Positions 9,257 through 17,201 of a stretch of DNA of 64,000 bases are shown here, piece after piece. The position numbers were made by a program, and so were the translations under genes. The stretch spans positions 4,175-68,174 of the forward strand of contig JAVEZQ010000004.1 of assembly GCA_034002905.1 (NCBI GenBank), given 5' to 3'. The notes under the pieces are model-generated. The model made no database searches. It saw only the letters and a list, made by a program, of their open reading frames with translations, and was not told the DNA's origin. Source of the stretch: Alphaproteobacteria bacterium. GTDB taxonomy: Bacteria; Pseudomonadota; Alphaproteobacteria; UBA9219. How positions within the stretch are numbered: position 1 is the first letter of the stretch; each line of letters opens with the position of its first letter.

Positions 9257-10023
9257 TGTTTTACGTAGATTACGTTAGCGCTCTAGCAGATGTTGTTGTG
9301 GCGGTTGCGCCCTGTATTGCGGTTTGGATTGCTTGGTCTGGAATTGATCAGTGGCAAAGAGAAACTTTGGGGAAGAGGAAAACAGAATTAGCTGAGGAGG
9401 TTCTAGCTGATTTTTATCAAGCTAGGGACATTATCAACGGCGCAAGGTTTCCTAGTGGATTTGAAGGAGAGGGGTTGAGCCGCAAGCGCCGTGATGGCGA
9501 AACAGAAGCAGAAAGCAAGTTGTTGGATAGCTATTACATTGTAGTAGAGCGCCTTGATAATCAGAGGAGTTTCTTTTCACAATTGTTCTCCCGAAAATAT
9601 CGGGTTTCTGCTATTTTTGGGAAGAAGACAGAGGAGCTGTACGCGGAGCTTAACAGTATTTATGGCGACATATCGCGTGCGGTGCATAGCGGTTTCGCCT
9701 TTTGGCAGGAGAGTTATGCACGCCGAGCGGTTATCTGGCGAGAAGGCAATTTTGAACTTGGTTCCGTCGAGGCATTGAAGCGTGGTCGAGGGTCCCACTG
9801 CGCTCTTATGACGGGGTGCGTTCTTTGCGTGCTTCTGTTGTTTTCTTTTTTGTGCGGGATTGGCTTCTCGCTGTTCAGGAGGCGCAGGAGGGGTGGTCAT
9901 TGCCTCCGGTTTTGCGTGATCTCGGGAGGTGATGCCTCTGGCGGCAAGGCGCAGGACGCAAGGGCAAGAGCGCACAACACCAAAACAGGGGCTTTAAAAG
10001 AGGTCATTTTATCGTCTGGCTAA
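9256..10023 (+). CDS. hypothetical membrane-anchored protein, translationally coupled to mrr (TGATG overlap); 3' extent uncertain
   Basis: N-terminal TM (VVVAVAPCIAVWIAWSGI) followed by a soluble domain. Beyond about 9780 the ORF has a low-complexity C-terminus. That stretch is antisense to a convincing lipoprotein signal peptide ORF on the minus strand (9897-10007). Confidence 0.4.
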   Translation: MFYVDYVSALADVVVAVAPCIAVWIAWSGIDQWQRETLGKRKTELAEEVLADFYQARDIINGARFPSGFEGEGLSRKRRDGETEAESKLLDSYYIVVERLDNQRSFFSQLFSRKYRVSAIFGKKTEELYAELNSIYGDISRAVHSGFAFWQESYARRAVIWREGNFELGSVEALKRGRGSHCALMTGCVLCVLLLFSFLCGIGFSLFRRRRRGGHCLRFCVISGGDASGGKAQDARARAHNTKTGALKEVILSSG

Positions 10024-10394
10024 TGGGGCAAGTCCATTTCAGGCCGCCATCATGCCAGAAATTGTACATCAAGGCCATATATCCCTTATCGTTTAAGCGT
10101 TTTGTCATTGCCCCCAAGCGCCTGTTCAATCATTCTGGCGATAGAGACAGGGCAATCCCTGTCTTCGGGGTCTGAAAACCTCTCCATTAACGTACTAGGC
10201 ATCACGCCATGATGTCGCCTTTTGGTCCTATGACCGGGAGGCGGCGATTGGTTATCGTGCAAGTGGTAACCCTCAATGTCCAAGCCTCACGGCCAAAGGC
10301 CATCAAAGTCGTTCAATGGCAACTTTTCAGCTTCCGCGCCGCCAGAAGGTTGGTTCCTTCTGGTCGGCTCCGGCTTTGTGCGAGGGGCAAAACA

Positions 10395-10784
10395 ATGAAG
10401 CGATTTGCAATACCAATTGCCCTACTTCTTCTGGCGGGTGCGTACCATTATCTTGGGCCGTCGTTTGGGGAATCCCAAGAACTAGTAAAACAACAAAAGG
10501 TTCTTTCTCCCGAGGAAGCATCAGAAGTCTTTCGCGCTACTGCTCGCTGTACGGAGTTGGCGGACAAATTCAAAAATAAATTTCCGGACGTAAAAAATGC
10601 GTCACAACAATGGTCGTTTCATTATTCTGCGAAGACGGCGGCATGTTTGGCGTTAGTAAATATTGAAGTCCAAGAAAATGGAACCCTCGTTCAGGTAACT
10701 TACCATATGTATGACGTTTCTTCGGATGATGTGATTGCAGAAGTTGTTGAGGGACATTGGGATAAAGACACCTTTGAAGGGTAG
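10395..10784 (+). CDS. hypothetical secreted protein (signal peptide), 129 aa
   Basis: MKRFAIPIALLLLAGAYHY signal sequence with GAGGGG SD upstream. Low GC. Confidence 0.5.
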   Translation: MKRFAIPIALLLLAGAYHYLGPSFGESQELVKQQKVLSPEEASEVFRATARCTELADKFKNKFPDVKNASQQWSFHYSAKTAACLALVNIEVQENGTLVQVTYHMYDVSSDDVIAEVVEGHWDKDTFEG

Positions 10785-11060
10785 ATATACAAGCTTCCTT
10801 CCTCATTCAAAGATATTGAGCGTCACGCGACCAATGCTGTTGAGGTGGTCGAAATCAAGAATTTTATGCGCCAGAAAATGCGCGAATAAGTTCGCCCCAT
10901 GTGGAGCATTTCATGAAAACACAATTTTGGCTGGTTGCTTGTCACATAATAATCGGCCTTTCTGGCTGCGTCACGCCGCAACCGACAGAGGCGCGGTTGC
11001 GAGTTCAAGAGATGGAGCGCGATAACAAAAACGCTCGAAGTCTTTCTCACATACGCCATG

Positions 11061-11630
11061 TCAGACGCTTTTTATTCCTGCTTCTTGTTCGGCCAAGGCA
11101 CAGAGTTTTGCTTGCACCGACGTGAAGATAGAGGTAGCAAAAATATCCCGCGTCACATCACTGGTCTTGTCACTGCGCTTGAAGAGCATGAGAGCAAGAT
11201 TTCGATTGTGTTCTTCGTTCTCGCTGCCAAATCCAAAGCTGTTTGCAATATACAGAAGTTGCACAACGCCGTTAACAGCAAGAACATATTTTCCACACCA
11301 TAATGCGGCAATGACGGCAAGAACAGCAAGAGCCATTGTAAACGACTGAAATCGAGACGGCTCGATGTTCTTCTTTTTTGTATGGTACGCGGAGATCATA
11401 ATTCTCGATGTTTCCGTGAGAAAAGCCTGTTCGTCGCGATCAAAAAGATGCGGGGTCTTTGAAAGGATGTCTTTCGCTACGGCACTGTATGAGGCGCGAA
11501 GCGTTATCAACATAATGACGCAGTAACCAAGTGCAATCGTTGGCGCATAGGCATATGAGAGCGAGAAAAATATGTTTGCGATGCACGCCGCAACGAATGA
11601 AAGCACGAGGGCAAAAAAGACATGCTGCAT
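11061..11630 (-). CDS. hypothetical integral membrane protein (about 4 TM), 189 aa
   Basis: Hydrophobic segments. Low GC. Last gene of a three-gene minus-strand cluster. Confidence 0.5.
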   Translation of the reverse strand: MQHVFFALVLSFVAACIANIFFSLSYAYAPTIALGYCVIMLITLRASYSAVAKDILSKTPHLFDRDEQAFLTETSRIMISAYHTKKKNIEPSRFQSFTMALAVLAVIAALWCGKYVLAVNGVVQLLYIANSFGFGSENEEHNRNLALMLFKRSDKTSDVTRDIFATSIFTSVQAKLCALAEQEAGIKSV

Positions 11631-11672
11631 TTGTTTCCTCTGTCAAAAAAATTACAAACAACGGCTAATCGC

Positions 11673-12017
11673 TCAGTTGTTGCCTTGTTCGCATTTCTTG
11701 TGGGCCATGACGTTCAGGATTGTTTCTTTCTCTCCGCGCACGGTTGAAAGCTCGGACGCTTCAACGCCGTCGCCTTGCCCGTACCAAAGCATGAAGGCTT
11801 GGACTTGGCTCGATTTGATCCTTTGTTCCTGCGCGACGACAAGTTGGTTTTCGCGCCGTGTCAGAGACGCAAGCTCCGTCGCCAAACGCGGACAGGTGGC
11901 GTTGTCATATTGAAGGCCGGAGGATGGTGTCCCGGTGATCTGCGCTGGCGAGGTCGGCATGTTGATGCAGCCTGTCAGGCTAATTATGATGAGTAAAATT
12001 GTTGAGGCCTTGACCAT
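11673..12017 (-). CDS. hypothetical lipoprotein, 114 aa
   Basis: Signal peptide with lipobox LTGC (MVKASTILLIIISLTGC). Confidence 0.5.
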   Translation of the reverse strand: MVKASTILLIIISLTGCINMPTSPAQITGTPSSGLQYDNATCPRLATELASLTRRENQLVVAQEQRIKSSQVQAFMLWYGQGDGVEASELSTVRGEKETILNVMAHKKCEQGNN

Positions 12018-12038
12018 GTTTCTTCCAGTTCTGTTGTG

Positions 12039-12752
12039 TCAATTTTCTTGAATGAAAGGTGAGGTCGGTGCGGTTATATGCTGACCTGATGAAGGTTGAT
12101 TTTGGATAGATGAAAGTCCAAAAACATGCCTAACTTTGTCAGCACAAAACCCAAAAACGAGCGACACTTCTTCCTGCGAGGAGCCGTCTATACACGAAAC
12201 GACAACGAGCTTGCCTTCTTGAAACCCAGATATAAAAACGCCTTTCCCTTTTTCTGCTGCGTGTTTAAGCCGTACAATTATTAGCTTTTGTCCATCATTC
12301 TCTACGTATTCCGAAGAAGTCCTAATTCCACTGAAAAGTTGTTCCTGCCTTTGTGGAGACGGATTGTCTGCACGAATTTTGTTTTTCAAAAGCTCAACTA
12401 CATTTGCCTCCATGACTTTAAGTAATTCTGGTGTCCATGCGATATTATCAGGCATTATCCCTGCCGCATCTGTATGCGTTACCGTCACTTCTTGCCCATG
12501 ATTGCGTGGCTCCGCGCGATCTACGACTGCTTCGATATGACCAGCGGTGAAAATAATTAAGGCCGCCCAGAAGAAGAACCAAAACATCCTTTTTTGCTTG
12601 TTGATTTTTTCTTCGGCTAATTGAACCTGATGGCGAGGATTTCTTTCGATAATCCTCTTGAGCCATGGCACACGCATCACTAACGAGAGGACAAGCACCG
12701 TTCCTACAATGGAGACAAGTGTTGAAGCAATCGTTCTCGCCGCATCTTCCAT
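12039..12752 (-). CDS. hypothetical membrane protein (2 N-terminal TM plus extracytoplasmic domain), 237 aa
   Basis: TM helices at residues about 10-30 and about 55-75. First gene of the cluster. Confidence 0.5.
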   Translation of the reverse strand: MEDAARTIASTLVSIVGTVLVLSLVMRVPWLKRIIERNPRHQVQLAEEKINKQKRMFWFFFWAALIIFTAGHIEAVVDRAEPRNHGQEVTVTHTDAAGIMPDNIAWTPELLKVMEANVVELLKNKIRADNPSPQRQEQLFSGIRTSSEYVENDGQKLIIVRLKHAAEKGKGVFISGFQEGKLVVVSCIDGSSQEEVSLVFGFCADKVRHVFGLSSIQNQPSSGQHITAPTSPFIQEN

Positions 12753-13058
12753 GATCCCGCACTCCCGACAAAAAGAAAGCCACCAGAGCTGTCCTGCTCT
12801 GGTGACCGGGAGTTAGTTGATCGTAGCTATACGACCGCGACGGCCTTTGGCCGTGAGGCTTGGACATCCAGCACTTCTGCTTACGCAAAAATACCGCCGC
12901 CGCCTCCCGATCATAAAGACCGAAAGGCAGCGTCAATGACGGTGACGCAAAACACCGATAGCTACGAGGCAACTACACCCCGGAAGGCAGCCTTTTGCTG
13001 CCTTCGCCAAGTAGCTTGTGTTAACGGGTGAAAAAGGTCAAATAGAAAGGTCAGGAGT

Positions 13059-13580
13059 ATGGGCATGAAGACCAAGATTTCAGCCATTCGGGGCAATATT
13101 TGCGATCAAACCGTGGATGCCATCGTTAACGCCGCAAATTCTAGGTTATTGGGAGGGGGCGGTGTGGATGGGGCTATTCATCGTGCGGCGGGACCAGAAT
13201 TGCTTACGGAATGTCGTGCGCTTGGTGGCTGTGCGACAGGGGATGCCAAAATTACCAAAGGCTATCGGCTTCCGGCGCGCTGGGTTATCCACACTGTTGG
13301 CCCGATATGGACAGGTGGAGAGGCCGGGGAAGATGCCTTGCTTGCATCAGCCTACCGTCGTTCATTGGAAGTTGCTGCCGCAGCCGGAGCTAGAGCCATT
13401 GCCTTTCCGAGCATATCGACAGGAGCGTACAATTTCCCCGTTGATCGGGCGGCGAAGATCGCAATCTCAACAATCCGAGCATTCATCCAGAATAATGATG
13501 CCTTCGAAGAAATCCGTATCGTCTGTTTTGATGACCGGACGCTAGTAGCTTATGAACAGTTGCTCGACATAGGGGGGTGA
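13059..13580 (+). CDS. Macro-domain protein (O-acetyl-ADP-ribose deacetylase / ADP-ribose-binding, YmdB-like)
   Basis: Canonical macro motifs: [22 protein letters not shown], and [22 protein letters not shown] ... [13 protein letters not shown]. Confidence 0.8.
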   Translation: MGMKTKISAIRGNICDQTVDAIVNAANSRLLGGGGVDGAIHRAAGPELLTECRALGGCATGDAKITKGYRLPARWVIHTVGPIWTGGEAGEDALLASAYRRSLEVAAAAGARAIAFPSISTGAYNFPVDRAAKIAISTIRAFIQNNDAFEEIRIVCFDDRTLVAYEQLLDIGG

Positions 13581-13697
13581 CTGGGGAGCTTTAACCGCGA
13601 GATTTTATTAACCCCCTGTTTTAGCTTGACCCTTATGTGCTTCTAGTTCACTCTTCTCTCGGTTGATGCCCCAAGGCTTTCGTACGGAATAAATCGT

Positions 13698-13719
13698 TTG
13701 GGGGCATAATTGGGGGCAT
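13698..13719. repeat. Distal copy of the 22-bp TGGGGGCAT tandem (putative arm-type sites near attR)
   Basis: TTGGGGGCATAAtTGGGGGCAT, 21/22 identical to 1680-1701. Confidence 0.55.
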
Positions 13720-13779
13720 TAAGGAAGTTCACAGAAAGCATCATTCATTGAAACTAATGTCTTGGTTGTTAAATGTGGC

Positions 13780-13794
13780 TCCCTTCACCTCCAA
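13780..13794. repeat. Degenerate direct repeat of the tRNA-Gly 3' end (putative attR core)
   Basis: TCCCTTCACC-TCCA versus tRNA TCCCTTCACCCGCTCCA (13/13 matched with a 3-nt gap). Confidence 0.4.
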
Positions 13795-13854
13795 ATAAAA
13801 GGGCCCCCTTCCTCCCCCGTTTTGTGATAAGCTTCGCTTCATGTTGGAGGTCTC

Positions 13855-14301
13855 ATGAAAACGCTTTATTTCGATATGGACGGGGTTTTGGTTGATTTTG
13901 ACTCGGGCATTCATCGGCTCGATGAAGAAACCTTTTGCACATATAAAGGACATTTCGACCGAGCGCCCCATATCTTTTCCCTGATGGATCCCTTTCCCGA
14001 AGCCCTTGCCGCCTATGAATCCTTATCAAAACATTTTGACACATATATCCTATCAACGGCGCCGTGGGGCAATCCGAGCGCGTGGATGGACAAGCTGTTG
14101 TGGGTGCAAAAATATATGGGAGAGATTGCGTATAAGCGCCTGATCCTCTCGCACAACAAACATCTGAATATCGGCGATTACCTCATCGATGATCGCACAA
14201 GGAATGGCGCGGATCGTTTTACAGGTGAGCATATTCACTTTGGCACGCCGTCTTTTCCCGATTGGCCAACCGTGATTGATTATTTAATGAAGTGCAAATG
14301 A
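13855..14301 (+). CDS. 5'(3')-deoxyribonucleotidase-like HAD-superfamily phosphatase (NT5C family)
   Basis: N-terminal DMDGVLVDF HAD motif I. About 148 aa, similar in size and pattern to NT5C. Confidence 0.6.
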   Translation: MKTLYFDMDGVLVDFDSGIHRLDEETFCTYKGHFDRAPHIFSLMDPFPEALAAYESLSKHFDTYILSTAPWGNPSAWMDKLLWVQKYMGEIAYKRLILSHNKHLNIGDYLIDDRTRNGADRFTGEHIHFGTPSFPDWPTVIDYLMKCK

Positions 14302-15372
14302 GTTAATAATCCACCCCACCAACACAATCTGGGGCACGGAAATAAGCGGAAGGAAGAGCGCAATCTTCCAGCTCTTGGTTACATCCTTCAGGACCATGAT
14401 TTCCGTATAATCAGTGGCCACGCCCGCCATCAAAAAGGCAAAGGCATTGCCCGGCGCGGCCGCGCGGGTAAAGATGTCCGCTGCAATTGGTGCAGAACCT
14501 TCGGAACACACCTCAATGATTGTTGTAAGGATCAACGTAAAAACAAGACCCATAAAGGTCGGGCCAAAATAATGACCAAAGGCATCAGCCGGAACAAAGG
14601 CTCGAAGAAGCGCCGCAAGTAAAATGCCCACAAACAGCCACCGCAACACCATTTGAGAATCTCGCGCACCGTTTGCCACCATTTCACGCAGCAATTTTCC
14701 ATTCAAGCGAAGATGGGACCATTCTTTCTTGGCTTCAGGCCAGAAATTAAAATCTTCCTTCACTTGTTCGCTATTCGGATTGCACGGCAAAACACCCCTT
14801 TCCACCAATCGGTCAAAAATCCAGCCGGTTACAAGCGCAATAATCATCGACAAGACAATAAAAGCCAATGTCCATGGCAAACCGATTAGGCCAATCAAAA
14901 TCAGTGTGAGGGAAAGGGAATTCCACGGGCTTGCCATCAGGAAGGCGATAACCTGACCAAGGCTTGCGCCACGTTCATAAAGGCGCACCCCCACCATCAA
15001 AATACCGTGGCTGCATAAATCAAGCAAAACGCCAGCACCCGTTGCACGCAACAATCCCTTAACCGTTCCGCCGCGCCCAAAAATCGCCATGATAAAATTG
15101 CGCGGTATCTTTGATAAAATACCAACAAAAACAAAGCCGACCAGCACGCCCCACCAGACAGAATGCACCATTTCCTGAGTTGTCGTCGCCATTGTCGAAA
15201 GCCACGGCAGCAGGTCCGGTGCAACAACGAAGGACAGGCCATAAAGTGCTGCCACGGCTAAAGACGTTCCCCAAAAAAGAAAGTCGGGGCGGGGGCCTTT
15301 GTGCGCACAGCAGGAAGGCATTGCCGTTTCGGCTTGTTTCTTTTTCTCTTCTGAGGAACAACAGTTTTTCAT
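14284..15372 (-). CDS. Putative permease (DUF318/YraQ-like, two-repeat membrane protein) with Cys-rich N-terminus
   Basis: Polytopic membrane protein. The MKNCCSSEE...CCAHKG N-terminus is typical of this permease family. Confidence 0.55.
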   Translation of the reverse strand: MKNCCSSEEKKKQAETAMPSCCAHKGPRPDFLFWGTSLAVAALYGLSFVVAPDLLPWLSTMATTTQEMVHSVWWGVLVGFVFVGILSKIPRNFIMAIFGRGGTVKGLLRATGAGVLLDLCSHGILMVGVRLYERGASLGQVIAFLMASPWNSLSLTLILIGLIGLPWTLAFIVLSMIIALVTGWIFDRLVERGVLPCNPNSEQVKEDFNFWPEAKKEWSHLRLNGKLLREMVANGARDSQMVLRWLFVGILLAALLRAFVPADAFGHYFGPTFMGLVFTLILTTIIEVCSEGSAPIAADIFTRAAAPGNAFAFLMAGVATDYTEIMVLKDVTKSWKIALFLPLISVPQIVLVGWIINSFALH

Positions 15373-15512
15373 TTTGACCCTCCACGGCTTCAGGCTTAAA
15401 GATTATGACCCTCTTTTAACGAAAAGGCATCCTCTTTTTGTCCCATGAAAAGAGTGGCCTTTTTTTCATTTCTTGTCAGAATGGGAGCTACCTTATCTTG
15501 TGAGGCTTTGAC

Positions 15513-17006
15513 ATGAGCGTTTTTGACACCCCTTCTTCTGTTGAGCCCGTCTTGGCAAAAGGTGTTTCCATCGCCAAGGGCTCGCAGGGCGATATCTCCC
15601 TGCCCCTCAAGATGGCCAATCGGCACGGCCTCATTGCGGGGGCAACGGGCACGGGTAAAACGGTGACGCTTCAGCGCGTGGCCGAGCAAATGGCGCGCGC
15701 GGGCGTCACGGTTTTCTGCGTCGATATCAAGGGCGATCTTTCGGGCATTGCCGCTCCAAAAGAAGGGGCGGGGCCACAAGTTGTTTTCTGGGATGTTTTT
15801 GGCAAGCGCGGGCACCCCATTCGAACGACTGTGAGCGAGTTTGGGCCGATGCTCTTTTCGCGCCTCCTTGACCTTTCTGAGGCGCAGACGGGCGTCTTGC
15901 AAATTGTCTTTCGCCTTTCCGATGATCAAGGTCTTTTGCTGCTCGACCTGAATGATCTCAAGGCTGTTTTGGCGCATATCGCAGAAAACGCTTCAGAGAT
16001 AAGCCAGACATACGGCCTTGTCAGCCCATCTTCTGTTGCGGCAATCCAACGCGCTTTGCTTGCTTTTGAAAATGAGGGTGGCGCGATATTCTTTGGCGAA
16101 CCCGCCTTGCAGGTTGAGGATCTCTTGTCCGCTTCCGATAGCAAAGCCGCACATCTGCATGTTCTGGCCGCAGACGAACTGGCAAACCATCCACGTCTTT
16201 ACGCAACCGTGATGCTGTGGCTTTTGGCTGAGCTTTATGAAGATCTCCCCGAAGCGGGAGATTTGCCAAAGCCGAAGCTCGCCCTTTTTGTTGACGAAGC
16301 GCATATGCTTTTTAACGACGCCCCATCCGTTCTTGTTGAAAAAATCGAACAGGTCATCCGTTTGATCCGCTCGAAGGGCGTTGGCGTTTATTTCATCACC
16401 CAAAATCCCGTTGATTTACCTGAAACGGTTTTGGGGCAGCTTGGCCATCGTATTCAACATGCCCTGCGCGCCTTTACACCCAAGGATCAAAAAGCCGTTC
16501 GTGTGGCGGCCCAGACTTTTCGGCCCAATCCCGCCTTTGACACCCAAGAAACCATCACGCAAATGGGCGTTGGCGAAGCGCTGATTTCCTTCCTTGATGA
16601 AAAGGGTGCCCCCGGCATTGTTCAGCGTGGCAAAGTTCATTTGCCGCAAAGCCAGATCGGCAAATTAAGTGATGCAGCACGCGCCGCTATTCTTGCGGCC
16701 TCGCCCTATGCCGGTGTTTATGATCAGCCCGTCGATCGCGAAAGCGCCTATGAACGTCTTGCCTCGAAAATTAGGCGAACATCAACGGGCTCCGTTCCCC
16801 ACACAGGACAAACCACGACACAACCTTCTTCTTCCGGTGGCGGCGTGGGTGACGTTCTTTCAACCGTTGGCAAAGTTCTGTCCGGCGGAAAATCGCGCCG
16901 GCAGGGTCTGGGTGAAACATTGGTGAAAAGTGTGGTGCGCCAAATCGGCACCCAAGTCGGGCGCGAGATTATCAGAGGCGTGTTGGGATCGATCTCACGA
17001 CGGTGA
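15513..17006 (+). CDS. HerA-like / DUF853 family P-loop NTPase
   Basis: Walker A GATGTGKT. About 500 aa. Gly-rich C-terminal tail. Pattern of the conserved alphaproteobacterial DUF853 ATPases. Confidence 0.7.
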   Translation: MSVFDTPSSVEPVLAKGVSIAKGSQGDISLPLKMANRHGLIAGATGTGKTVTLQRVAEQMARAGVTVFCVDIKGDLSGIAAPKEGAGPQVVFWDVFGKRGHPIRTTVSEFGPMLFSRLLDLSEAQTGVLQIVFRLSDDQGLLLLDLNDLKAVLAHIAENASEISQTYGLVSPSSVAAIQRALLAFENEGGAIFFGEPALQVEDLLSASDSKAAHLHVLAADELANHPRLYATVMLWLLAELYEDLPEAGDLPKPKLALFVDEAHMLFNDAPSVLVEKIEQVIRLIRSKGVGVYFITQNPVDLPETVLGQLGHRIQHALRAFTPKDQKAVRVAAQTFRPNPAFDTQETITQMGVGEALISFLDEKGAPGIVQRGKVHLPQSQIGKLSDAARAAILAASPYAGVYDQPVDRESAYERLASKIRRTSTGSVPHTGQTTTQPSSSGGGVGDVLSTVGKVLSGGKSRRQGLGETLVKSVVRQIGTQVGREIIRGVLGSISRR

Positions 17007-17011
17007 AGGAA

Positions 17012-17088
<77 letters not shown>

Positions 17089-17201
17089 ACGTTTTTTCCT
17101 GTGAGACGGCGGGTTTACCAGCTTGCCGCGGGTAAGTCTAGCCTTTTTCGCAATTTCTTTCCATCCAACGGGTCTCTTTACGGAAATCCCCGCTTTCCAG
17201 C

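Larger units (their letters stand above)
1569..13794. mobile_element. tRNA-Gly-associated genomic island (degenerate P4-like integrative element), about 12.2 kb
   Basis: Integrase, AlpA and Prim-Pol module directly 3' of tRNA-Gly. A degenerate repeat of the tRNA 3' end (CCCTTCACC-TCCA) lies at 13781-13794. Near-identical 22-bp TGGGGGCAT arm-type repeat arrays at 1680-1701 and 13698-13719. Cargo genes are low-GC. Confidence 0.6.

Noticed and set aside
9577-9975. 132-aa minus-strand ORF
   Set aside because: Pro/Arg/Lys-rich low-complexity translation antisense to the Mrr-partner ORF. Only the short lipoprotein-signal ORF in a different frame looks meaningful.
13581-13700. Possible terminator after the macro gene
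   Set aside because: No clean GC-rich hairpin with a U-tract. The region is better explained as the attR-proximal arm.
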